A DNA stretch of 63,166 nt, counting the filler, from Collodictyon triciliatum (Eukaryota), in assembly GCA_043381765.1 (NCBI GenBank). It is 4 parts of 4 records of this genome, joined end to end, with 100 filler letters (N's around TTAATTAATTAA, not from the genome) between each part and the next. Parts side by side here need not be neighbours in the genome. Positions count along the whole stretch, not along the records: positions 21,982 to 43,855 come from JBHJMP010001169.1; positions 43,956 to 53,381 come from JBHJMP010001190.1; 2 more parts are not named here. One strand, given 5' to 3'. Shown here one piece after another: positions 37,616 through 48,299 of this stretch. The position numbers and the translations under genes were made by a program. A model generated the notes under the pieces. That model was given only the letters and a program-made list of their open reading frames with translations, was not told the DNA's origin and ran no database searches. The stretch's first letter is position 1, and every line of letters begins with the position of its first letter.

Positions 37616-39052
37616 TTAGATTTTCTGTGAAAATGCTCGTAGGGCAAAGTTTCTCTTATCAGCTCCCCAATCCTTCCCGGTAATCGTTACCACTGCCTCT
37701 ACTATGTAATTATTATCCTTACCGCCACTTTTAAGCTGTGTAAAAACCCTTGGCTCTACCTGCCAATTAAACTGCTGCGATAGCCCTGCTGATGTTTGTT
37801 GCCCTCCAATATTATTCATCGAAGAAACATTCTTATAGGATTGGCCGATGGTTTTAGCTGCCCATTCATTGGTCACGTAATCATTATTAGCATGAAATAT
37901 CTTGGTAGATAGGTTTCCAAGTAGGCTGTTTACCTTCGCTTCGGGGTTGTTACCTCCTAATACAGCATAATAGTTACTGATATTCTGGGTTAGAAATACC
38001 GTACAGGCCATACTGCTCCGGGCGGTCGTCTGAAACAGCATATCATACTCATTCACAAAATACTGGCTTTCATCCACCCATAAGAAAACAGGATTTGATG
38101 ATGAAGTTACTTTTCTCCGCTCGGTCGCCTGCTGCCAGACTAATTTAAAGATGCCTTGTGCATAAATACCAGCTTCCAGATACTTCTTTACTGGAAAATC
38201 TAAAATCACAATTTTACCTTCATGAGTAATTTCAGGCAGGATATTTAGCCCTTGGGCGAAGTGATCGGCAAGCAACCCGCTCAAGAAAGGCTCGGCTAAC
38301 CCTCTGAACATTTCCTGAATGGTTGTACGTGTTTCAGGATAGAGCCTGGGCATTTCCTCCATAAAATAGCTGTCTACCAAATAATAATCTCGTATGGAGC
38401 GCGAATCCCCCTCTTCAAGTAACGTATATGCTGTATGTAAGCAACGTAGACAATAGTTATCTTCGGCATGCTTTTTTACCCCTTCTTCGTCCAATTTACT
38501 AATAACATTTGCTTCTTCGGCATCCGGCATTGAAGCAACGATCTCGACCATATTGTAAATGCTAAGCTCTTCATGGGATAACTTGATTAAATCAATAACC
38601 CGGTTCAAACAGCGTTTTAATGATGCTTCCCAAAAGCGTTCTCCTTCTTTAGGTTCTCCGCCATTGATCCGCTGCCCAAGCTTGTATAGGTTCAGAAACA
38701 AAGTAGATAGGTTCGAGGTCAACCCGCCGCCTTCATCGGTACGGCTGCGTTCATACTCCAGCGGGTTAAAGAAATAATCTGAACCTTCCCTAAAGTGAAT
38801 AATGTCTTTAAGCCTGCCCGTTTGCTTCGCGTACTCGATCCAGGTCTCCGCTTCATCCGGCTTACCGCATAGCACAATGCCGCCAAAGCCATTCATTAAA
38901 AAGCTTTTGGCGATCCATTTTCCTGAACCGCTGGTTTTGCCTGACCCTATCCCTCCAAATATTTGTACCCCTCTGACCGCATCAACTACTTTAAACGATT
39001 CCATACCCGCTTGATCGAAGTGAAAAAGCGTTTTATTCAATATAGCTTCCAT
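37616..39052 (-). CDS. TraD/VirD4-like type IV coupling ATPase lacking an N-terminal membrane anchor
   Basis: Walker A GGIGSGKT near the N-terminus, FNPL, ERFW, Walker B LWVDESQ, ARS...LTQN, LLGNL. Likely ATG at 39052. Confidence 0.85.
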   Translation of the reverse strand: MEAILNKTLFHFDQAGMESFKVVDAVRGVQIFGGIGSGKTSGSGKWIAKSFLMNGFGGIVLCGKPDEAETWIEYAKQTGRLKDIIHFREGSDYFFNPLEYERSRTDEGGGLTSNLSTLFLNLYKLGQRINGGEPKEGERFWEASLKRCLNRVIDLIKLSHEELSIYNMVEIVASMPDAEEANVISKLDEEGVKKHAEDNYCLRCLHTAYTLLEEGDSRSIRDYYLVDSYFMEEMPRLYPETRTTIQEMFRGLAEPFLSGLLADHFAQGLNILPEITHEGKIVILDFPVKKYLEAGIYAQGIFKLVWQQATERRKVTSSSNPVFLWVDESQYFVNEYDMLFQTTARSSMACTVFLTQNISNYYAVLGGNNPEAKVNSLLGNLSTKIFHANNDYVTNEWAAKTIGQSYKNVSSMNNIGGQQTSAGLSQQFNWQVEPRVFTQLKSGGKDNNYIVEAVVTITGKDWGADKRNFALRAFSQKI

Positions 39053-39068
39053 AATAAGCAGTAATATA

Positions 39069-39380
39069 TTATTTACGTGGGCCTTTGGGTGGAGTTGGTG
39101 GTGGAGTCTTCGGTTTAATGCGCTCAGTAAACTTGGCCGGTTTCTGCTCAATTTTAGAAGTTGGTGCTTTAGGTTGCTGTTCTACTCTTGTAGCACCTGT
39201 TGCCGTTTTAGCTGCTACTTTGGGGACGTTTTCGCCGGGCATCGAAGTTGAAGCCGGCTTCAAATCACTAAGGCTTTTGTGTAAACCCTGCTTATTATGA
39301 TCGTCAAAATTAGCTTTAGAGCCTTTTACCTTATCTCGCCAAGTCGTTTTTGGTTCCTCCGGAGTTTTATTATTGCTCAT
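39069..39380 (-). CDS. Small basic, disordered K/P/T-rich protein
   Basis: 103-aa ORF ending PKTPPPTPPKGPRK, immediately upstream of the ATPase gene. Confidence 0.6.
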   Translation of the reverse strand: MSNNKTPEEPKTTWRDKVKGSKANFDDHNKQGLHKSLSDLKPASTSMPGENVPKVAAKTATGATRVEQQPKAPTSKIEQKPAKFTERIKPKTPPPTPPKGPRK

Positions 39381-39423
39381 AACGTACTATTTTAGTATAG
39401 TGAAAGAAAGAGAAGAGTGTACT

Positions 39424-39804
39424 ATGTTGATGGACAGCGATTTATTGCCAATATATGAAAAAGCATTGAATAATGATCCTGAAGCTATTTTAAAATTTGC
39501 TGAAATCCTTCAAAATGGAAAAGGTATCATTAATGACGGTTATAAAGCTGCCGAATGGTACGAAAAGCTTCTTTCATTTAAAAAGAAATTCAACTTTGTA
39601 GATTACGCACTATTATATTATTGGGGAGCTATTGCGGCCTGGAATCGTAAAGAAACTAAGTTGGCACTCAAACGCCTAAAGAAATCATATATCCTTTTCT
39701 GTGAAAAATATCCAGATCAGGACGAACTGGAAGATGAACTGAATGACCATAAATTTTATTCATGGTATGGCTATATGGCCATCAATAAAGATTTTCATAA
39801 ATAG
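39424..39804 (+). CDS. Sel1/TPR-like small protein
   Basis: ALNNDPEAILKFAEILQNGKGIINDGYKAAEWYEK matches a Sel1 repeat. ATG at 39424. Confidence 0.65.
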   Translation: MLMDSDLLPIYEKALNNDPEAILKFAEILQNGKGIINDGYKAAEWYEKLLSFKKKFNFVDYALLYYWGAIAAWNRKETKLALKRLKKSYILFCEKYPDQDELEDELNDHKFYSWYGYMAINKDFHK

Positions 39805-40006
39805 CCATACCATTCTCTCATTAACGCATTAAATATTTCCCTGGCCGACTCTACGGCATTTTGTAGCGTTGCTACATTTCAAAACTTAACCTTAGCCCTC
39901 TAAGGGAAGATGTCTGTGTAAATCTATAAAAACTTTCTTTATCTTTACGGTTGTGTCTGCTATTTATTTTTGTAACTGATAGTTGTTACCGCTTAACCGA
40001 TTTTTC

Positions 40007-42877
40007 ATGCTGAGAATCACTCCAAATAACTCTGCCGATGGTGCCGCCCGTTACTATGATGAAGGACTGGCCCGACAGGATTATTATGCTGAAAAAGGAG
40101 AAATAATTGGACGATGGGGGGGCAAAGCCGCTGAAAATTTAAATCTTTCTCACCAGATCAATCGGGACGATTTTGTTGCTTTATGCAATAATATCAACCC
40201 TGAAACAGGAGAGCGGCTTACAGCACGTAACAATGAAACAAGAACCGTTGGGTATGATTTTACTTTCAGCGTTCCCAAATCAATTTCTATCGCCTATGGC
40301 ATAACGGGGGATGAAAAAATCCTCGAAGCCTTCCGGGCTTCGGTCAGTGATACCATGAAGCACCTGGAAATGGATGCGGCCACCAGAGTTAGAAAAAACG
40401 GGCTGGACGAAAACCGCCAAACGGGTAATCTTGCGTGGGCGGAATTCATTCACACTACATCAAGACCGATAGACGGGATACCTGACCCACATCTGCACGC
40501 CCATTGTTTTACCTTCAATGCGACCTATGACCCGCAGGAACAGCAATGGAAGGCCGGGCAATTTCGGGACCTGAAAGCAAATGCCCCTTACTACGAAGCC
40601 TATTTTAATTCCCTGCTGGCCGCAAACCTGCAAAAAGCGGGGTTTGAGCCGGAACGTAACAGAATCAACTTTGAACTCGCCGGGTTCTCGCGAAATACCA
40701 TTGAGAAATTTTCCAATCGAACACAGGAGATTGAAAAACTGGCCGAGGAAAAAGGCATTACCAATGCAAAAACCCTCGATGGCCTTGGAGCCAGAACAAG
40801 GGAGTTCAAAAATAAAGGGTTTTCTAACGAGCAACTAAGAGAAATCTGGATAAACAGGATCACAGAAGGGGATGATGAAAAAAAATTTTCCGGCTTCGCC
40901 GGAAAGGGGTTTGCTGATGAAAAGAAAAAAGAAGGTGTTGAGTTGTTAGAGGATAAAAAGCTTACTCCTGATGAATGTATTGACCATGCACTTTCTCATT
41001 GTCTGGAACGAAAATCAGTTGTTCAGGACAAACAACTGCTTACCGAAGCCTATAAAAGGGGATTTACCTCCTTTGCTCCGGATGAGATCAAAAAAGCGTA
41101 TCAAAATAGAACAGACTTGATTCATGGGCAGCACGAATCGAATCATTTTGTAACAACCAAGGAAGCCATTGCCGAAGAAAACCACCTTATTAACGCCTGT
41201 ATTGAAACAAAAGGCCGTTTTAAGCCTCTCAATGATAATTATCTGTTCAAAAATCAAACACTCAACTTTGAACAGCGGAAAGCCATTACCCATACCCTCA
41301 ACTCAACAGATGGAATTATTGCCATTGAAGGGGGGGCCGGGACCGGTAAAACGACCCTGATGAGCGAAGTAAAGAATGGTATTGAGGAATCAGGCCGCAA
41401 AATATTTGCTTTTGCGCCTTCTTCAGAAGCATCCCGTGGGGTGCTGCGCGGTGAAGGATACCATGAAGCTGATACATTGGCTTCCCTGTTGGTTAATAAA
41501 CAACTTCAGGAGCAAACCAAAGGCGGGGTACTTTGGATTGATGAAGCCGGGATGGTAGGCAACAAGACCATGAACAGCCTCGTAAAACTGGCCAAAGCAA
41601 ACAATAACCGAATCATATTGACCGGTGATACCAAACAACACAACAGCGTAGAACGTGGAGATGCTTTCCGTACCATGCAGGAAAAAGGCGGTTTAAAAGC
41701 CGTTCGGGTAAATGAGGTGGTACGGCAGCAGAATGCCAAAGCCTACAAAGCCGCCATGGAAAATATCTCCAAAGGGGCTTTTGAAAAAGGATATGAACAG
41801 CTTGATAAAGCAGGTTCTATCCGGGAAATTGCCGATAAGGACCAACGGTTGAAAGAAATTGCCTCTGAATACCTACAGGGTATCTCAGAGCGAAAAGGCA
41901 AAGGCTTTAAAGAAGTGTTGGTGGTTGCCCCTACCCACAGGGAAGGAGAAATGGTAACAGACCAAATAAGGCAAACGCTCCGTTCTGCGGGTAAGATCGG
42001 GGAAACCGATCATAAACTAACCCGGCTGAAAAACCTGAACCTCACCGAAGCTGAACGGCGGGATTCTATACATTACCAAGCTGGCCAAATCGTAGAATTC
42101 AACCAAAATGTGAAAGGATTCAGGGCAGGTGAAAAAATCCACGTGCTGGGCCGGGATGAAAAAGGCAATGTGTTGGTAAAGAACGGAGAGAAAGAAATGG
42201 TGTTGCCCTCCAATGAAGCAGATAAATTTCAGGTGTACACGAAACAGGAAGTACCGTTTGCCGCAGGGGATAAGATCCGAATCACCAAAAACGGGAAAGC
42301 CCTGGAAGGGACAAAACTCAATAACGGCCAAATATATCACGTGGCCGGTTTTGATAAGACGGGCAATATCAAATTAAGTAACGGCACTACGTTAAATAAA
42401 GATTTTGGCCATTTTACGCATGGCTACGCTGTAACCTCGAATACTTCACAGGGCAAGACGGTAGATAAAGTGATCGTGGCGCAAAGCTCACACTCTTTCG
42501 GGGCTTCCACCAAAGAACAGTTCTATGTATCTGTTTCTAGGGGGAAAGAAGCCGTTTCGGTTTATACTGATAATAAACAGGAATTGCAAAACATCGTGTG
42601 CAACCGCAGTTCTGAACGGCTGGCCGCCAATTCCATTGCAGGACAGGAAAATAACCTACAGCAACAGGCCGTTTTAGTGAACCGTTTACAATCACTTAAA
42701 GAAGCATATGCAACATGGCGGGATAATGTAGCCAATATAAGCCGTAAAGCGGTTGAGCGTGTGGTAAGCAATGCGGCAGGCAAAGCAGCCAATACCCCTT
42801 TAACCACTCTTACACAGAACCAGAAACCTATTATCAACCAAAGCAATGGGCCTCAAAGAACAGCTCCAAAGAGATAA
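40007..42877 (+). CDS. MOBF (TrwC/TraI-type) relaxase-helicase
   Basis: Tyrosine pairs RYY and DYY, YDFTFSVPKS, H..SR...DPHLHAH; SF1B helicase motifs GGAGTGKT, IDEAGM, GDTKQH, HGYAVTS..SQGKTVD, FYVSVSRG. ATG at 40007. Confidence 0.96.
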   Translation: MLRITPNNSADGAARYYDEGLARQDYYAEKGEIIGRWGGKAAENLNLSHQINRDDFVALCNNINPETGERLTARNNETRTVGYDFTFSVPKSISIAYGITGDEKILEAFRASVSDTMKHLEMDAATRVRKNGLDENRQTGNLAWAEFIHTTSRPIDGIPDPHLHAHCFTFNATYDPQEQQWKAGQFRDLKANAPYYEAYFNSLLAANLQKAGFEPERNRINFELAGFSRNTIEKFSNRTQEIEKLAEEKGITNAKTLDGLGARTREFKNKGFSNEQLREIWINRITEGDDEKKFSGFAGKGFADEKKKEGVELLEDKKLTPDECIDHALSHCLERKSVVQDKQLLTEAYKRGFTSFAPDEIKKAYQNRTDLIHGQHESNHFVTTKEAIAEENHLINACIETKGRFKPLNDNYLFKNQTLNFEQRKAITHTLNSTDGIIAIEGGAGTGKTTLMSEVKNGIEESGRKIFAFAPSSEASRGVLRGEGYHEADTLASLLVNKQLQEQTKGGVLWIDEAGMVGNKTMNSLVKLAKANNNRIILTGDTKQHNSVERGDAFRTMQEKGGLKAVRVNEVVRQQNAKAYKAAMENISKGAFEKGYEQLDKAGSIREIADKDQRLKEIASEYLQGISERKGKGFKEVLVVAPTHREGEMVTDQIRQTLRSAGKIGETDHKLTRLKNLNLTEAERRDSIHYQAGQIVEFNQNVKGFRAGEKIHVLGRDEKGNVLVKNGEKEMVLPSNEADKFQVYTKQEVPFAAGDKIRITKNGKALEGTKLNNGQIYHVAGFDKTGNIKLSNGTTLNKDFGHFTHGYAVTSNTSQGKTVDKVIVAQSSHSFGASTKEQFYVSVSRGKEAVSVYTDNKQELQNIVCNRSSERLAANSIAGQENNLQQQAVLVNRLQSLKEAYATWRDNVANISRKAVERVVSNAAGKAANTPLTTLTQNQKPIINQSNGPQRTAPKR

Positions 42878-43262
42878 GGAAAAAATGTCAGCATTAGCAA
42901 AACCGCAACCGGTTTACAGGGATGAGGAAGAACAATCCGATGACAGCGGCAGTATTTTCTGGGGTAGAGAGAGATCATCCAACCGCCGGGCGGTGATGCT
43001 TGACCTGCATTTGAAAAATGGGGAGTATATTTCTTTACCATACTCCTACATGACCAAGATCAAATTTAACCCTTCGATTGGTTTAGAGCTTTACATTTCA
43101 GGAAATTACATCAAAATATCAGGGCGGAACCTGCATGAGATATATAATTATCTCTGCCGCCATGGCGTGACCTTTATCATGGCTAATCCCAATGATAAGG
43201 ATATGACGGATGAACAGCAAACCTATGTTAAGGATATTGAGGTAACTGAAAGTGATTCGTAA
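42846..43262 (+). CDS. Hypothetical protein coupled to the relaxase
   Basis: 138 aa, overlaps the relaxase 3' end by 32 nt; beta-rich core MLDLHLKNG...LPYSY...FNPS.G...ISGRNL. Confidence 0.75.
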   Translation: MGLKEQLQRDKEKMSALAKPQPVYRDEEEQSDDSGSIFWGRERSSNRRAVMLDLHLKNGEYISLPYSYMTKIKFNPSIGLELYISGNYIKISGRNLHEIYNYLCRHGVTFIMANPNDKDMTDEQQTYVKDIEVTESDS

Positions 43263-43301
43263 AGAAGCAGTGCTACATCTAAGAAACACTTACCTATCTC
43301 T

Positions 43302-43855
43302 TCATTTAGTGTAGTTACCCTGCCTTCCTTTTCGTTCTATTAAGCCTTCATACAAAAGATAGCGTAAATACTCCTTAGCCTCTATGTCAGATACGATAAA
43401 ATCAATTTTCTTTAAGATCGTAAATAAATCATGTAACGAATTTACTCGCTGATTTAACTCTTTGAGAATTTTATCAGAATATTGGCGTAGCTCGTTTTGC
43501 TTTAGATTTTTTACCTTATTTTCAATAAAAGATCTAACTTCATCAGGTGATTTTATTTCACCTATAGTTTTAGCATCCTCATACATTTCTTTTTCTCTTT
43601 CTACATAATTCGAAAGAGAAGCTAATTTTTCTATTGCCTTCTCCGGCGTTAAAGCATGGCTAATCGCAGAAAGGTCAGACCTTAAGTTACTAGGTTTAAT
43701 ATATATACCTTCTTCATTATCTTCTCCTTCACCATATACTATGGATGCTACACCAGAAAATCTCAAAGCTTCTCTCCTGATTTCATCATTTGAAAGCTCA
43801 ATCATGTATTTCATACTTCCTACGTTATCAATTAATCTTTGATCTATCTTTTCAA
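43302..43855 (-). CDS. Hypothetical protein, 3' part of the gene spanning the circle junction (see 21982-22787)
   Basis: Same reading frame through the 106-bp overlap. Confidence 0.85.
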
Positions 43856-43955
43856 NNNNNNNNNNNNNNNNNNNNNNNNNNNNNNNNNNNNNNNNNNNNT
43901 TAATTAATTAANNNNNNNNNNNNNNNNNNNNNNNNNNNNNNNNNNNNNNNNNNNN
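43856..43955. other. Artificial contig-joining spacer
   Basis: N44-TTAATTAATTAA (43900-43911)-N44. Confidence 0.97.
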
Positions 43956-44052
43956 AAAAAAATACTTTTATTTTTTTGGTTTTAAAAAAAAAAAAAAACT
44001 AAAAAAAAAAAAAACCATTTAAAAAAAAAAAAAAAAAAAAAAAAATACACAG

Positions 44053-45283
44053 TAACCTGAGGCACCCTAATATCATAACATTCCTGGGCGCATGTATATA
44101 TGTCCCAAACATATCCATCTGCTTGGAATATATGGAAAGACACAGTCTCTACGATGTTTTGCACAGTGATGTAAGAAAATTTCTTGTATTTGCTCCACTA
44201 TTTTTGACTTTTAAAATCTTTACTTTGCAGTTATATGAAGAGTGTATACGCAGTAGGTAAGATACCCTTTATCACCATAATACATATAGCCCGGAGACAC
44301 CCTTGTATGGGACGTAATCTTAAAGCTAGCCCAGGATGCTGCTCGTGGCATGAACTTTTTACACTGCTCCAAACCTCCTATCATCCATAGAGATTTGAAA
44401 AGCCACAACCTGTTGGTGAGTGGATTGCGTATTGCGTCATGGCTGTCCATTTCAATGGAGCCAATCCTTAAATTGTATTATTGCTGAATCGCCTTATAAC
44501 AACTGCCTTTATGGATTTTATACTTTCCAAAACGATATTTCAATCAAGAAGAAAATCGTGTGGTTTCTCCGGCTTATAGCATAAACAATTTAGGTTGATA
44601 AAAATTGGAATGTAAAGGTCACTGATTTTGGAAGTGCGCGAATGAAGCAGCATTTTGCTTACACAATGACCTGTATTGGCACGCCTCAATGGTTCGTTTC
44701 CATATGATATATATTATCGCAGATCTATCTTATTTTTTTCTCTTTATAAAACCACACGATATCATAGCATCGAAAAACACTCTACATTTTGCCCCAGAAG
44801 CCGTCTCAAAAGCAGCCACTAAATATCTCTCTGATATCCACAGGATGGCCCCGGAGGTCATCCGCGGGGAAAAGTACACAGAGAAATGTGATATTTACAG
44901 CTTCGGAGTGGTTAGTAATTGCATAATTCTCCATCATCGATATAGATGTAATTTTAAATTTGTAAGACTCAACGAACTGTGTGCTAAATGACGACCCCAT
45001 ATCGTCCCAGGTATTATGGGAGCTTATTTCAAGAGATGACCCACATAAGGGCATGAACCCTATCCAGGTTGCAACAGCCGTGGCCTTTCGAGACCTTCGC
45101 CCTCCAATACCCCCTAACTGCCCAGCACACTACGCCACGTTATTCACAGAATGCTGGGATTCTAATCCAAAAAGCAGACCGGCATTCCGCGAGGTGCTCG
45201 CCCGGATTACCAAGATGATGGCCACCGCGTCCATCGAAAGTCCGAGGATTGGGTCCCCACGGTTATCAAAATCAAGTCAATAG
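44053..45283 (+). CDS. Tyrosine-kinase-like (TKL) protein kinase, 3' exons only
   Basis: [62 protein letters not shown]; 5' end cut by the contig edge. Confidence 0.93.
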
Positions 45284-45437
45284 AGAGCCATACAAATTCA
45301 TCATACACCTTTCCATCCACCTCTTCATGAAGCCCCACTTGCCCCCACCTCCAAACCCTTTTGCTATAGTGCAGAAGATTTTATCTCCTTTAATCCACCA
45401 TAAACAAACCATTAATTTGCAGCATTCCTACCAACAA

Positions 45438-45516
<79 letters not shown>

Positions 45517-45879
45517 CAAAAGCAAGATGAAACATATCAATAACTTGCGATTTTTCAGAAACCCTATGGCAGCTTCAAAATACTCAAATCAAGAAGAAAA
45601 AAAGCCACCTTTTTCTTCACCTCGAGATGGTGTTTCTTGATTTTGATTATTATTTTCCCATTTCTTGCACATTTATTTGCTTCGTTATGCTATACAGTCG
45701 CAGGAAGAGAGATAAGGGTATGCCATTTAAGATTTAAATCAACAGACTTTCGAAAGAAAAAAAAAGAGGAAAGCGATTGGAGTAGTTTAAATAAAGCCAT
45801 AATAAGAATAATAAAAATGAAAATAAATTGCGTTTGTAAACAGAGGAGGAAGATGTGCCTCAAAGATTGATTTAAAGGG

Positions 45880-47862
45880 TCATTCCTTTTTCGGGTGTAT
45901 TTTCCACAAAGCAAACTTTGACATGAGCGTTTGATGCCTATCATCTGATTCGCTTGTTCTTTCGTCCGACCCATTTCTCCCTTCCATTACAGAGATGCTC
46001 GATTCCCTCAAAACCTTCTTCGGGGAATTAGGCGTATCCCGAGATGGTGCTTTCGGATCAACTGCTAAGCCACGGGGTTCTTCGTTGTCTTTGCTCTTTT
46101 TGAACTTTGCAAAAAATCTCTTCTTCAGGTCAGGGGACTCGGTTTTGGTTCCTTTTTTGCTCTCCCTACCACTTGCTTTTGATTTTGGGGTGTCGCCTGA
46201 CTTGGGCTTTGATTTTGATTTTTTGGGTTTTGCTGCATTTTCTTCGTCCTCAGACGGGCGGCCCTTTTCCTGGTGCGGGTCAGGCACATTGGGAGAGTTA
46301 TTTCGGTGGCTAAACGCGGAGTACTGTCCGTACCCACGGTCGAATGAAAGGTTTGAATCATCAATAACCTCCTCTGACACCTTTCTAGGGGAGCCATTCG
46401 GCCTAATTAACTTCGTGGGTGAGAAACTACCTGATTTCTCTCTCTTTTGGGGTTCATGTTGTTGTAATTTTGAATCAGAAAACGTCACTTTTTTCATTGG
46501 GGGTTGGAGCTTGGAGCTGGATTCTGAACTCATTGAGTCTCGAATCTTTGAGACAGAAACAAGAGAAGATGACGCAGCAAGTGAAACGGTCGCAGAGCCA
46601 GGTCTACTGTCCGGTGCCTGATGTCGTTCAGGCTCTGGTTTGGACTCTGCCTTGGACTCTGCCTTGGACTCTGCCTTGGACTCTGCCTTGGACTCTGCCT
46701 TGGACTCTGCCTTGGACTCTGCCTTGGACTCTGCCTTGGACTGTTGGCCAGGTCTTCTTCTTGGATTACTCCTACTTCTGCGAGGCTGTGTCCTGATACT
46801 AGTGTTTACAATTACATCTTCACCAGGCGTATCGCCCATGTCAAGTACCTGCCTTACGCGGTGGATTCTTGAACGGAGAATTTGCCCCGATTCTGAACGA
46901 TTAGGGACGGCTTTTAGAGCACGGTAGTAGTCCATTTCAGCCATTACATAATCTCTTTGGGTTTCGTAGATTTCTCCCCGGGCAACAAGTGCAGGAATGA
47001 ATTGTGGTTCCTTTTGGAGAATATTTGTCAGCTCCTTCAGTGCTTTGTCTGCGTAGCCATTTTGGAAGAATAATGCAGCTCGGTTGGTTTGTGTGGAAAG
47101 GCAGTCTGGATGGTGAGATAATCCCTGGACATGCATAATGAAGAGCCGTTTTGAGGAGGAATTAATGCGAAATAAACTAAAATGAAAGATTTCCATCATT
47201 CTTTTAGACTTTATTAACATGCAAACAATTTTTTTACTTTATTTTAATCCAAAAAATTATCATGAATATATTTTAGTTATATCCTTTGAAGCATATATTC
47301 TGTTTAATTATAGATTCTCTTCCTTTTAAAAACCATTACAATTAACACACTTGCACAGGTAATGACATCATCACTCTCATGGAATAAATGCAAGATATTC
47401 ATTTTTCCTTGGATAGATCCAAATATTCGTTTATCTTATAATGATATTCAATATATATAAAGATATAAAGATAAAAAGATAAAAAGATAAAAATTGAGAT
47501 TAAGAAGCAAATAAAAAGCACAGAGAAAGATGAGAAAACGAACGCTGGGCAACCTGCTCAATACTGCGAAACGCCAGGTCAAAGCACCCCATGTCTGCGT
47601 GTATGCGCGCTCGCAGGTTGAAAAGGCGAGAGCTTTGCGGCTGGGCTGCTTCGTAGCGTTCCAACTCACGCAGCGCGAGACGGCAGTGCCCTTGTTCATG
47701 AAGAGCCACAGCCTGCGCATAGAAGAGATCGGCGCGTTCGGTAAAGATCAGTGGCTGCGCAGGATTCGTCAGCGGGTGGGCGGCTTCGGAGGCTGTGCTT
47801 TGGGGATGAAGAATCGTGGTGAAGAAGAAGGTTGGCCCGGTGAAAGGCGCGTGCGGCTGCAT
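45880..47862 (-). CDS. TPR-repeat protein with long disordered C-terminus
   Basis: Exon 1 (~47862-47555) TPR helices FYAQAVALHEQG...LFNLRARIHADMG; exon 2 TPRs RAALFFQNG...ALVARGEIYE...AEMDY, then an S/K/P-rich tail. Confidence 0.75.
46640..46742. repeat. 12-bp coding tandem repeat (TTGGACTCTGCC)x8, encoding SKAE
   Basis: Read directly. Confidence 0.95.
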
Positions 47863-48299
47863 CCCTTTGTTTCCTGTTGCGAATTGTGTTATTCAAGCAA
47901 ACAGTTAGCAGCTTTGATCGTCTCGGGCTCGTTTCTTCTCTGCCTTCCATTCGTTTGCCTTGGGTTTGCATGCTGTTTTATTATATTTCACGAGAATCTG
48001 TGTGCACCAGGCACAGAAAAAAGGTGGTGGGGAAGGCTGCCTAGCAGACGGATGGGATGCGAAGAAGCTTTTCAAAGGTCTCTTCTGCGACGCCTGCCCA
48101 GGCGAACTCGGGAACAAAGTCGGCAAAGGCGATGCATAGCTCTGCGCTTTCGCGTTGGATGTAGAAGAGTGTGGCATTCTGGTTGCGCGCAGAATGAAGG
48201 GAGCGACACGTTTAAAAAAAGAAAAAATAGAAAGGAACAAAAAGAAAGAAATAATTGTGAACTTTGCAGTCAAGTCAACAGCGAATTACACCACGACAA

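Larger units (their letters stand above)
21982..43855. mobile_element. Complete circular bacterial plasmid, ~21,768 bp, mobilisable (MOBF), probably Bacteroidota
   Basis: 21982-22087 is identical to 43750-43855. Dense, intronless genes for RepA, ParA, primase, resolvase and relaxase. Bacteroidota-type primase and TAnnTTTG promoter elements. Confidence 0.92.

Noticed and set aside
39053-39151. N-terminal extension of the coupling ATPase as a membrane anchor
   Set aside because: It overlaps the upstream small gene, is mostly polar, and its hydrophobic stretch (ILLLI) is too short for a TM helix; ATG 39052 is more plausible.
40460-42846. Small ORFs antisense to or nested in the relaxase
   Set aside because: No motifs; shadows of a well-supported gene.
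43302-43855. Apparent duplicated gene or terminal repeat of a transposon
   Set aside because: Exact 106-bp assembler overlap of a circular contig; it is one gene, not two.
21882-43955. Bacterial DNA integrated in the eukaryotic genome (HGT)
   Set aside because: Both flanks are artificial spacers and the contig circularises on itself; there is no real junction with eukaryotic DNA.
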